DNA of 60,235 nucleotides from Victivallales bacterium. Lineage in GTDB: Bacteria > Verrucomicrobiota > Lentisphaeria > Victivallales > UBA1829. The translations under genes and the position numbers were made by a program. The notes under the pieces were generated by a model. It was not told the origin of the DNA. It saw only the letters and a program-made list of their open reading frames with translations, and did not search any database. The stretch is taken from assembly GCA_045594005.1 (NCBI GenBank), contig JAZNXT010000078.1:1-60235 (forward strand). Reading direction: 5' to 3'. Below, piece by piece: positions 1 through 8,703 of this stretch; the stretch's first letter is position 1, and every line of letters starts with the position of its first letter.

Positions 1-15
1 TCGAACTATGCATAA

Positions 16-126
16 CCACGGGTGAAGATCCCGTAAGGGAGCTTTACCCGTGGAACAAGTACCCCTCCATACTTGCGCGGCGGCGCGCGCACCACGCCGG
101 TCACATACAGCGTGCCACACCGCCGC
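16..126. repeat. Two GC-rich hairpins (REP-like palindromes or structured RNA) downstream of the ceramidase-like gene
   Basis: CCACGGGTGAAG-a-TCCC-gtaa-GGGA-g-CTTTACCCGTGG (16-53); GCGGCGG(77-83)/CCGCCGC(120-126) with inner CACGC/GCGTG. Confidence 0.5.
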
Positions 127-146
127 AAAGATCATGCAAAATCATT

Positions 147-1475
147 TTATTTCACCAGAGCGGATGCCTCTTCGATCAGGCGAACTGCGGTATCGTGCGC
201 AGGTGCGCCGCCATCCACGGGGAGGATCTCATATCCGCCGCGTTCAAAACATTCCGGCATGGGGATATAGCCGCACTCGCCCATAGCGAGGGATGCGATC
301 ATGGTCATGGGGAAGCGGGAGGCTTCTTTGATCGCCATTCCGATTTCCGTGAACGGTTCGCCGGGGAGCGTGGAAATGGCAATATCATTACCGAACTGCA
401 TGGATACCAGACGGAATTTCCGGGATTTTCCGGAACAATTTTTCTGATAATCCAGAAGCTGACCGGCAAAGAACCGTGCCACAGCACCTTCACCGCGTGC
501 AAGACCGCGTGCAGTCATATCGCCATTTTCGCCATCGAACGGTTTATCCAGGATCGCCTGCGCCCGTGCGGCATCTTCATCTGTGATCTCGCAATAGGGG
601 ATCTCGATCACGGAAGACACAAATTTCACATCGTCTGCCGCGACAGCTTTCAGATCTTTCAGAACTGCTGTGACAGCATCCGCGTAACCGTTTCCGATCC
701 GTGTGGCTTCGGCAAAAGAAGAAGTCTGTGCCGCATCCGCAGGATTGAAATGGTTGATATTTCCGGATGCCCCGATCAGGGTGATCACCGGTACATCAAA
801 GCCGAGTTTGTTCTGAATGGCGCGGGTCATTCTGCCGGGCCAGTCTGCGGACACCACATCGCCATCCACCGTATCGGTATGGTTCACGATATTCACAAGA
901 AGTGCAGCGATCTTTCCGTCCTGCATGAACGCAGCCACGGGAATATCATAATCCACCGGACCTTCCGGTTTGACGATCTCCGGATCCAGTTTCGGCGGAT
1001 TGGTGATGACCGTGCCGTCTTTCATCCAGTAACGGCGGTTGAATGCCAGCGTATCGCAATAAGCATTTGCAGCGGCAAGGGTGCAACCGGCGAGTCCGGC
1101 ATCGGCGCGTTTGATCGCCAAAGCACATTTCATGGCAAAATGAGCCAGATATGTTTCATCGGCGGGATCACCGAAAAATTCTGCCGGATAGGGAGCCGTA
1201 TGGGTATGTGTTGCGCTGAAAATGATCTTTCCGTGATAATCAATGCCGATATTTTTGATAGCACAGCGGCAGCGGTCGATCAATTCCAGTGAAAGAAAAC
1301 ACAGATCGGCGGAAACGATGGCACAGCGTTCACCGTCGTTTCCTTCGATCACCAGTGCGCGGACATGGAGATCATCGTACGCGCCCGTATTCGGACGGGG
1401 CACGAAGTACCCGCAAAGGGGTACTCCCAATTCAGGTGTAATGATCTCCTGTGCAAAACCGATACGCAGTGCCAT
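147..1475 (-). CDS. Neutral/alkaline ceramidase-like amidohydrolase
   Basis: ITPELGVPLCGY, DDLHVRAL, SATHTHTAP, NRR, SADWPG, GASGNIN, LPGEPF and GYIP motifs typical of the ceramidase N-terminal-domain family. Confidence 0.75.
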   Translation of the reverse strand: MALRIGFAQEIITPELGVPLCGYFVPRPNTGAYDDLHVRALVIEGNDGERCAIVSADLCFLSLELIDRCRCAIKNIGIDYHGKIIFSATHTHTAPYPAEFFGDPADETYLAHFAMKCALAIKRADAGLAGCTLAAANAYCDTLAFNRRYWMKDGTVITNPPKLDPEIVKPEGPVDYDIPVAAFMQDGKIAALLVNIVNHTDTVDGDVVSADWPGRMTRAIQNKLGFDVPVITLIGASGNINHFNPADAAQTSSFAEATRIGNGYADAVTAVLKDLKAVAADDVKFVSSVIEIPYCEITDEDAARAQAILDKPFDGENGDMTARGLARGEGAVARFFAGQLLDYQKNCSGKSRKFRLVSMQFGNDIAISTLPGEPFTEIGMAIKEASRFPMTMIASLAMGECGYIPMPECFERGGYEILPVDGGAPAHDTAVRLIEEASALVK

Positions 1476-2545
1476 CAGTCTGCCACTCCCACGATCTTAC
1501 CGCCATTCTGTGCGGATTCATGACTTGCCGCGCAGAGAGCCAGGTTGTGGACCGCATCTTCCGCGTTCAGGGGTTTGCCCGCCTGAATACTTGCGGCATG
1601 ACCTTCAATCAGAGTCTGATAGATATTCCGGATCTTTGCAGGTGCCACTTCAGACACATTGCCGAGATCGTCCAGTTCCAGACGCATTTTCACCGGTTCG
1701 CCGTCGTGACCGGAAAGCTGGAACATACTGCCGTAGCTGCGGAGGACTTTTTTATCGCCGTAAAGTTCAAAACCGAGATTGGTGAGCGTGCCGCCCAGAC
1801 CGCCGCGGAATTCGCTGAAGGATGCACGGACGCTGCCCTGTGTGCCATCTTCAAAGAAGAATTTGATGTAGGCACCGTCTTCCGCCTTGATATCCATGAT
1901 CTTCGGATAGTAAACCGCCGCCACTTTGGCGATCTTTTTGCCGAAAACATATTCCGCCACATAGAAGCAATGGCTTGCCACGTCACCGATGGGACCGCCC
2001 ATTTCTTCGATCTTGCTGCAGCGCCAGGTGGCGGCTTCCGCCGGATCGTAGCCGTATGCAAATTCCATGTGGAAACAGCTGTCATTCACCGTGCCGAGCG
2101 TACCTTCAGCCACGACTTCTTTCGCTTTCACGTTCCAGGCATTGTGGACCATCATGTGGTCAACGGTGAGGGAAAGACCTTTTTCTTTTGCCACACGCAC
2201 CATTTCCTTGCCGTCCGCAACACTGGTGGCGGCAGGTTTTTCCACGATCACGTGTTTGCCCGCATTCATGGCGGCAATGGCGATCTGTGCGTGGGAAGCA
2301 TTGTTGGTGGCGATATACACAGCATCAATGGCGGGATCCGCGAAGATCTCATCCATATTGGCATACCATTTCAGACCGAGAGCTTCCGCCGCTGCCTGAC
2401 GGGCACTGTTCATATCGGTGGCACCCACAAGCTGTGCTTTTTCCAAACTTGCAAAGCGGGCAGTATCGCAGGCATAACCTTCTTTTGCAACGCGGTTTTC
2501 AGCGATGCCGCCGAATCCGATGATAGCATATTTGACTTTTTCCAT
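1475..2545 (-). CDS. Gfo/Idh/MocA family NAD(P)-dependent oxidoreductase
   Basis: IIGFGGIA Rossmann motif, AGKHVIVEKP, GGPIGDVASH; stop overlaps the next start. Confidence 0.9.
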   Translation of the reverse strand: MEKVKYAIIGFGGIAENRVAKEGYACDTARFASLEKAQLVGATDMNSARQAAAEALGLKWYANMDEIFADPAIDAVYIATNNASHAQIAIAAMNAGKHVIVEKPAATSVADGKEMVRVAKEKGLSLTVDHMMVHNAWNVKAKEVVAEGTLGTVNDSCFHMEFAYGYDPAEAATWRCSKIEEMGGPIGDVASHCFYVAEYVFGKKIAKVAAVYYPKIMDIKAEDGAYIKFFFEDGTQGSVRASFSEFRGGLGGTLTNLGFELYGDKKVLRSYGSMFQLSGHDGEPVKMRLELDDLGNVSEVAPAKIRNIYQTLIEGHAASIQAGKPLNAEDAVHNLALCAASHESAQNGGKIVGVAD

Positions 2546-2570
2546 GATCTTTTCTCTTTTCTTTCAGTTG

Positions 2571-2610
2571 GGAAAAAGAACGGCATCCGCAAATCTTACG
2601 GACGCCGTTC
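2571..2610 (-). terminator. Intrinsic terminator-like hairpin after the DegT gene
   Basis: GAACGGC..CCG/CGG..GCCGTTC stem followed by a T-run on the minus strand. Confidence 0.6.
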
Positions 2611-2647
2611 AGGATGATTGTTCAGTATGATGACTGAGGATCAGATC

Positions 2648-4021
2648 TTACTTCATGTAGGCGTCGGCAACCTTGTTGAAGGCGTCGATGTATGCCTGGA
2701 TATGTTCTTCCGTGTAAGTCGGATGAGTGAAGAAGCTGATGGTACGGTCGGTCATCCAGTTCGCCTGTTTGCAGTTGAACTTGGTGTAATCGATGTTTCT
2801 GGATTTGGGATCGTTGAAGGGATAGCTTGCCACACCGAAGCCCTTGCGGTCGGTGTAAGCCTGTTCCTTATACATTTCCGGCCAGAGAACGCTGTAAACA
2901 GCCACGCCTTCCGCAGCCATTGCAGCGATGAACTGTTTGGTGTCGATCCCGTCTTTGAGTTTGGAGGGGTCGATCACGATGGGGCACCACCAGAATGCGT
3001 TCTGGCGTTCTTTGGTGTCAACCGGCACATGGAGGACCAGCGGGTGGTTCTTGAGAGCCTTGATGATCATTTTACCGTTGCGGATACGGTTCTTCAGGTT
3101 CCAGTTGTCGAAACGTTCCAGTTCGCACAGACCGATCTGGCTCTGGATTTCCGTCATACGGAAGTTGAAACCGACGCGGCGGTGGATATAGAGCTGTTTG
3201 CCTTCCATTTCCAGAAGGTTGAGTTTCGCTTTGACATCGTAGCCGTGGTCGCGGAAAGAACGGCATTCCCAGGCAAGATCTTCATCGTTGGTGACGACCA
3301 TACCGCCTTCACCGCCGGTGGTGAAGTGTTTGCTCTGACAGAAGCTGAAGCAGCCGACGTGACCGATGGTACCGGCTTTTTTGCCTTTGTAGATACCGCC
3401 GAAGCACTGTGCGCAGTCTTCCACAACATAGAGATTGTGCTTTGCAGCGATTTCCATGATGGGATCCATATCGGCAACGATACCGTAGAGGTGGACCACC
3501 ACGATCGCTTTGGTGCGTTCCGTGATGCATGCTTCGATGGCTTTCGGGTCGATGGTGTGATCGGTGGTAACGTCAGCAAACATAGGCATTGCACCAGCCT
3601 GCAGTGCGCAGAAGCTGGATGCGATGAAGCTGTAAGAGGTGCAGATCACTTCGTCGCCGGGGCCGATGCCGAGGCTGGCGAGAGCGGTATGCAGAGCGCA
3701 GGTGCCGTTGGCAACGCTGATCGCGTGGTTCACACCCAGCCATTTTGCCCACTGTTTTTCAAATTCCATACCGACTTTGCCGGTCCAGTAGTTGACTTTG
3801 CCGGACTTCAGGATGTCAACGACTTTGTCGTACACATTGTCGTTGAAAGTCGGCCATGCCGGCCATTTGCCGTTATAGACTTTTGCACCGCCGTCAATCG
3901 CCAGTTTCGCTTTTTTCGGAGCGGCAGCCTTCTTTGCGGGAGCGGCTTTCGCAGGTGCTTTTTTCGGGGCGGCGGCTTTCTTTGCCGGGGCAGCTTTCGC
4001 GGTCACTTTTTTCGTTGCCAT
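2648..4021 (-). CDS. DegT/DnrJ/EryC1/StrS family PLP sugar aminotransferase with an N-terminal Ala/Lys/Pro-rich tail
   Basis: NGTCALH, GIGPGDEVI, VHLYG, VEDCAQ, FSFCQSKHFTTGGEGG (PLP lysine), GFNFRM; GGAG RBS. Confidence 0.92.
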   Translation of the reverse strand: MATKKVTAKAAPAKKAAAPKKAPAKAAPAKKAAAPKKAKLAIDGGAKVYNGKWPAWPTFNDNVYDKVVDILKSGKVNYWTGKVGMEFEKQWAKWLGVNHAISVANGTCALHTALASLGIGPGDEVICTSYSFIASSFCALQAGAMPMFADVTTDHTIDPKAIEACITERTKAIVVVHLYGIVADMDPIMEIAAKHNLYVVEDCAQCFGGIYKGKKAGTIGHVGCFSFCQSKHFTTGGEGGMVVTNDEDLAWECRSFRDHGYDVKAKLNLLEMEGKQLYIHRRVGFNFRMTEIQSQIGLCELERFDNWNLKNRIRNGKMIIKALKNHPLVLHVPVDTKERQNAFWWCPIVIDPSKLKDGIDTKQFIAAMAAEGVAVYSVLWPEMYKEQAYTDRKGFGVASYPFNDPKSRNIDYTKFNCKQANWMTDRTISFFTHPTYTEEHIQAYIDAFNKVADAYMK

Positions 4022-4180
4022 AGTGTCAACTCCTTGGTTTTAGTTGTTTCTGAAAATTTCAGTAACTTTCTGATTTTTATTTATATTACAACTCTTTCCG
4101 TAAAATCGCAAGATTTTTCTTCTGTAAAAGACCACATTTCTGTTGTATTTTTTTACGATTTGCGTTTTTCCATCGTTTTT

Positions 4181-5476
4181 TCAATAATCCAGTTTGGAAA
4201 AAACGCACAATCCATTCACAAAAGTCGCAATGGTGCAACCTTTTGCCCTGTAACCGTGGAAGGGCGTGTTTCTGGATTTGGAATAAAACGAATTGACATC
4301 GATCGTATGTTCCAGATCGGGGTCGATCACTGTAATATCCGCCGCTCTGCCCGTTGTGATGCTGCCGATGGGAAGATTCAGCAGTTCCGCCGGACCTTTT
4401 GTGAATTTTTCGATCAGATGCGGCAATGTGAGATAGCCTTTATGCACCAGTTCGGTCATGGTCACGGGGATGGCTGTTTCCAGTCCCACGATCCCGAAGG
4501 GAGCGTAGTCGAATTCCACCTGTTTTGCAGTATGGGTGTGAGGCGCGTGATCTGTGGCAATGATCGTCAATGTATCATCCTGCAAGCCTTTGATGACAGC
4601 CATGCGGTCTTCTTCGGCACGCAGCGGCGGATTCATTTTGTAATTGGTGTCAAAACGCTTGATCTCCACATCGGTCAGCGCAATGTGGTGAGGCGTGGCT
4701 TCACCGGTCACCGGGATCCCGTTTTTCCGGGCGTTGCGGAGAAGTTCCACAGATTCTTTCGCGCTGACATGCTGCATGTGGATCTTGCAGCCGGTCATAC
4801 GGGAAAGCATGATATTTCTGGAAATGATCAGTTCTTCCGCGGCAGAGGGGATCCCCCGCATACCCAGCAGAACGGACCAGTAGCCTTCGTGCATCACGCC
4901 GTCCGCCGCCATGACTTTGTCTTCGCAATGGTCCATGATGGGCAGACCGAAACTTCCGGCATATTCCACCACATGACGCATCAATTCATGGTTCTGGATA
5001 CATTTTCCGTCGTCGGACAATGCCACAGCTCCGGCAGAATAAAGTCCGCCGATAGGAGCCATTTCCTTGCCTTCCAGACCGCGGCTCAACGCACCGCAGG
5101 GCAGCACATGGACGATCCCGTCCTTTTCCGCCAGTTCGCGGATATACTGCACCTGTGCCGCATTGTCCGTGGCAGGCGAAGTATTGGGCATGGCGACCAC
5201 CGTGGTGAATCCGCCTGCCGCTGCCGCCATGGTTCCGGTACGGACTGTTTCCGCGTCCGTTTTTCCGGGTTGACGCAAATGCACATGCACATCGATCAGA
5301 CCGGGCGTGACCACTTTTCCGGAAAGATCGATGGTTTCGGCGGTCACGCCTTCCATATCTGCCGCTTCGCAGAACACACCGTTTTTGATATACACATCCC
5401 GCACTTCGTCGATACCGTTGATGGGATCGATCACCCGTGCGCCGCTGAGGATCCAGGAATTTTTCATCATTGTCAT
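4181..5476 (-). CDS. pyrC: Dihydroorotase
   Basis: DVHVHLRQPG, MPNT, KMNPPLR, TDHAPH, PFGIVGLET; start at 5476 overlaps the pyrB stop (ATGA). Confidence 0.95.
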   Translation of the reverse strand: MTMMKNSWILSGARVIDPINGIDEVRDVYIKNGVFCEAADMEGVTAETIDLSGKVVTPGLIDVHVHLRQPGKTDAETVRTGTMAAAAGGFTTVVAMPNTSPATDNAAQVQYIRELAEKDGIVHVLPCGALSRGLEGKEMAPIGGLYSAGAVALSDDGKCIQNHELMRHVVEYAGSFGLPIMDHCEDKVMAADGVMHEGYWSVLLGMRGIPSAAEELIISRNIMLSRMTGCKIHMQHVSAKESVELLRNARKNGIPVTGEATPHHIALTDVEIKRFDTNYKMNPPLRAEEDRMAVIKGLQDDTLTIIATDHAPHTHTAKQVEFDYAPFGIVGLETAIPVTMTELVHKGYLTLPHLIEKFTKGPAELLNLPIGSITTGRAADITVIDPDLEHTIDVNSFYSKSRNTPFHGYRAKGCTIATFVNGLCVFSKLDY

Positions 5477-6396
5477 TTCAAACACCCCGCCACAAGAAAC
5501 AGTACCGCCATACGCACGGCGAGACCGTTGGTTACCTGTTCAAGGATCACGGATTGAGGTCCGTCAGCAATGGCGGAATCCAATTCCACACCACGGTTGA
5601 TGGGACCCGGGTGCATGATCAGCGCATCGGGAGAGATGTACTTCATGCTGTCCGGATTGATCCCGTAAAATTTCGCATATTCGCCCACACTGGGGAAAAA
5701 TTCCGTCCGCTGGCGTTCGTGCTGGATCCGCAGCAGATTCACCACATCGGCTCCTTCCACCGCACTTTTGAGATCGTGACAGACGCGCACACCGATCTTT
5801 TCAAATTCCCGGGGAACCAGTGTTGCAGGACCCGCAATGGTCACATTTGCCCCCAGTTTGAGCAGACCCCAGATATTGCTCCGCGCCACGCGGCTGTGGA
5901 GGATATCACCGAGAATGGTCACATTCAAACCTTCGATATGCCCCTTCTTTTCCCGGATGGTGAAAAGATCCAGCAACGCCTGTGTGGGATGACTGTGTGC
6001 GCCGTCTCCTGCATTGACGATGCTGCAATCCAGTTCCCGGGCCAGGAAATTGGGCGCACCGGTGGCAGAGTGGCGGATCACCACGATATCCACCTGAAGG
6101 GCGCGGATATTATGCACGGTATCCAGCAGCGATTCACCTTTGCGCAAACTGCTGGCATCCGCCTGAACATTGATCACGTCTGCACTCAAACGCTTTTCCG
6201 CCAGTTCAAACGATAATCTTGTGCGGGTACTGGGTTCCACAAAAAGATTGACGACCGTCTTTCCCCGGAGAGCGGGCACTTTCTTGACATTGCGCTGGGA
6301 AACTTTTTTGAATTCCTCCGCAGTATCAAGGATATGCACGATCTCTTCTCTGGAAAGATCATACAGACTCAACAGGTCTTTTTTTGTCCATTCCAT
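5473..6396 (-). CDS. pyrB: Aspartate carbamoyltransferase catalytic subunit
   Basis: FVEPSTRTRLSFE, NAGDGAHSHPTQALLD, LRIQHER, HPGPINRGVE; start set at MEWTKK. Confidence 0.97.
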   Translation of the reverse strand: MEWTKKDLLSLYDLSREEIVHILDTAEEFKKVSQRNVKKVPALRGKTVVNLFVEPSTRTRLSFELAEKRLSADVINVQADASSLRKGESLLDTVHNIRALQVDIVVIRHSATGAPNFLARELDCSIVNAGDGAHSHPTQALLDLFTIREKKGHIEGLNVTILGDILHSRVARSNIWGLLKLGANVTIAGPATLVPREFEKIGVRVCHDLKSAVEGADVVNLLRIQHERQRTEFFPSVGEYAKFYGINPDSMKYISPDALIMHPGPINRGVELDSAIADGPQSVILEQVTNGLAVRMAVLFLVAGCLK

Positions 6397-6445
6397 ATCT
6401 CTGATCCACCTTGATATTGATAGTGTTGCTTCTTCTTTTGCTTCT

Positions 6446-7009
6446 TCAGGAGTGCTGCGGCACCGAATATACAGCATCGTCTTCATTATATTCCGCCCAC
6501 GCGGTCCTCAACCGTTCATCCGCCGGAGCTTCGATCACAGCTCCGGTGTAATCGGCACGGATGGGAAATTCACGCAGCCCGCGGTCCACCAGTACCGCCA
6601 GACGGATCAATGCCGGTCTGCCGTAATCGGTAATGGCATCCAGTGCGGCGCGGATCGTTCTGCCGGTCTGAAGCACATCATCCGTCAGGATCACGATCCC
6701 GTCATTGATATCGAAGGGAATGAGCGTTTCGCGGATGGGCGGCAGATTCTTTTTTGTGCCGATATCATCCCGGTACATGGAAATATCCAGTGTGCCGACG
6801 GGTGCATCGTAACCGCAGCGTTCGCGGATGCGTTTGGCGATCCTTCTGCTCAAAGGGATACCGCCGATCTGGATCCCGAGAAAAGCCACCGGTGTGACTT
6901 TGCCATTGCGGAAAAATTCTTCACATACAGCATCGGCGATCTTTTCCACAGCCGCCCGGACTTCTTCAGCGGACAAGACCCGCCGGGACCCAATGTTTGA
7001 TTCCATCAT
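6446..7009 (-). CDS. pyrR: PyrR family protein (pyr regulator / uracil phosphoribosyltransferase)
   Basis: LDISMYRDD, DDVLQTGRTIRAALDA, LVDRGLREFPIRADY; first gene of the pyrR-pyrB-pyrC cluster. Confidence 0.92.
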   Translation of the reverse strand: MMESNIGSRRVLSAEEVRAAVEKIADAVCEEFFRNGKVTPVAFLGIQIGGIPLSRRIAKRIRERCGYDAPVGTLDISMYRDDIGTKKNLPPIRETLIPFDINDGIVILTDDVLQTGRTIRAALDAITDYGRPALIRLAVLVDRGLREFPIRADYTGAVIEAPADERLRTAWAEYNEDDAVYSVPQHS

Positions 7010-7095
7010 ACAACACACGCTCCGTAATTTGATATTACGGTACAATACTGCATAACAAGAAAAATAACAAATCGAAAACAGATTTTTTTACAAAA

Positions 7096-7239
7096 AAATT
7101 TTCAGGCTCCAGAGCGAAGGCGGCAAAGCATCTTTTAGGGATCGGGTGTGTGTGCCGCCTGCCGGCGAGCAGGAGTTTTGTTTAATGCTGCGCGTACTGC
7201 CATCTCTCCTTATCGGAAACAGAGTGAGCCGGAAAATTT
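7096..7239. other. Inverted-repeat-bounded structured intergenic element (candidate ncRNA, leader or MITE)
   Basis: AAATTTTCAGGCTC (7096-7109) vs GAGCCGGAAAATTT (7226-7239), 13/14 complementary; internal GGCGGCA/TGCCGCC and CCTGC/GCAGG stems. Confidence 0.4.
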
Positions 7240-7324
7240 CAGCTTTTTTTGTTTCCCGGCTTGTTTTTTTTGTATTATGGTGTATCTTTGTATAAACAAT
7301 GTTATAACTCTTAAGGAGGTATCT

Positions 7325-7552
7325 GTGATCAAGACACTGGTAAAACACGGAAACAGCATGGCTCTGGTTATTGAACGCCCCGTGCTGGAATTGCTGGGGG
7401 CAACTGCAGAAACAGCATTTGAAGTTGTAACAGACGGTTATACCCTGATCCTCAGTCCGGTCAAAGATACTGCGCACTCTGCAAATGTGCGGAAATCGAT
7501 GGACCGGATCGGCAAACGCTATGCAAAATCTTTTGAGGAACTTGCAAAGTGA
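7325..7552 (+). CDS. AbrB/MazE/SpoVT family antitoxin
   Basis: AAGGAGG RBS then GTG at 7325; KTLVKHGNSMALVI AbrB motif; C-terminal FEELAK typical of Doc antidotes; GTGA overlap with the toxin. Confidence 0.9.
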   Translation: MIKTLVKHGNSMALVIERPVLELLGATAETAFEVVTDGYTLILSPVKDTAHSANVRKSMDRIGKRYAKSFEELAK

Positions 7553-7944
7553 AAGAAGTACAATTTCTGACCTTTTCCGATGTTATGGAAATCCATGATT
7601 ATCAGATCAGAAATTTTGGCGGAAGCGGTGGCTTACGCGATATTGATCTGCTGAAGTCTGCGATCGGAATGCCGGAAAGTTCATTCGGCGGGATCTTATT
7701 ACACCCGACGGTTTATGAAATGGCTGCAGCTTATTTATATCATCTCGTGGAAAATCATCCATTTATCGACGGCAATAAACGGGTCGGCGCAATGGAGGCA
7801 CTGATTTTTCTGGATATCAATAATATCGAATTTGAAGCTCCGCCGGAACTGTTTACCCGAATGGTCATGGAAGTTGCCTGCGGTAAGATGCTGAAAGCTG
7901 ATATCGCTGTTTTTCTGAAAAAATATTCCCGCTCCGCTGAATGA
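7549..7944 (+). CDS. doc: Death-on-curing (Doc/Fic) family toxin
   Basis: GGSGGLRD..LL.SA..P and HPFIDGNKR Doc-type Fic motif. Confidence 0.93.
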   Translation: MKEVQFLTFSDVMEIHDYQIRNFGGSGGLRDIDLLKSAIGMPESSFGGILLHPTVYEMAAAYLYHLVENHPFIDGNKRVGAMEALIFLDINNIEFEAPPELFTRMVMEVACGKMLKADIAVFLKKYSRSAE

Positions 7945-8703
7945 TTACTTGAGGAGCGTGGACACGATCAGCCACACGGCACTGATCACCACCAGCACCT
8001 GAATGATCGTATCAAATTTTTTCTGCGGCACCACTTTCACGAACCAGATCCCGGCTGCCGCACCCAGCACCAGTACGGGGATCATAGGCAGATCCAGTTT
8101 CACCGATTCCCAGCTGATACGCCCTTCAAAGCAGAAGATCGGCAATTTGATCCAGTTCAGGATCATAAAATAAACTGCCGCCGTTCCCATGTATTCCTTT
8201 TTATCCAGACGCATGGCAAGCAGATACAATGCCATCACCGGTCCTGCGGCATTGGCGATCTGCGTGGTGATCCCTGCCACCACACCTGTTCCCGCAGTAA
8301 AGGACCAATGGGTCGGCACATTTTCCGATTTCAGACAGTAAGTGCGGTAGAAATGCAAGCCCGCCAGCAGAATGAGAATGATCCCGATGGCAAGGGAAAG
8401 CACGGTATTATCGGTCATATACGCCAGGATCCGGTCGCCGAGAGCGATCCCCGCCAGCGCGCAGGGCAGCAGTTTCACCAGCAGTTTCCAGTTGGCACCG
8501 CGCCGGTAATATGCCACTGCCATCAAATCGGCAAGGCACAGCATGATCAGCTGAAGCCCCGTGGAAAAATCCGCAGGGAAAAGAATGGAAAGGATCACCA
8601 CAGGCAATGTGCCGATCCCGGGAATACCGGTTTTATTGACACCGATCAGAAAAGCACTGAGGATCAATCCCCCCAGCTGGATCGCGGAATAACTGTCAAA
8701 CAT
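7945..8703 (-). CDS. Sulfite exporter TauE/SafE family membrane protein
   Basis: GVNKTGIPGIG, ANAAGP.M..YL, multiple TM helices. Confidence 0.85.
   Translation of the reverse strand: MFDSYSAIQLGGLILSAFLIGVNKTGIPGIGTLPVVILSILFPADFSTGLQLIMLCLADLMAVAYYRRGANWKLLVKLLPCALAGIALGDRILAYMTDNTVLSLAIGIILILLAGLHFYRTYCLKSENVPTHWSFTAGTGVVAGITTQIANAAGPVMALYLLAMRLDKKEYMGTAAVYFMILNWIKLPIFCFEGRISWESVKLDLPMIPVLVLGAAAGIWFVKVVPQKKFDTIIQVLVVISAVWLIVSTLLK

Noticed and set aside
16..53. Group II intron domain V
   Set aside because: It has a GNRA loop but lacks the AGC/CGC catalytic triad and bulge geometry, and there is no adjacent reverse transcriptase in view.
2618..5557. 979-aa plus-strand ORF, and similar long antisense ORFs (14669-17527, 43730-46189, 56550-58553, 20789-22570)
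   Set aside because: They lie antisense to well-recognised genes, have no motifs, and are the expected shadow of biased codon usage.
7088..7477. 129-aa minus-strand ORF and the 7148 upstream extension of the antitoxin
   Set aside because: The ORF is antisense to the antitoxin with no motifs; a strong RBS supports the GTG start at 7325.
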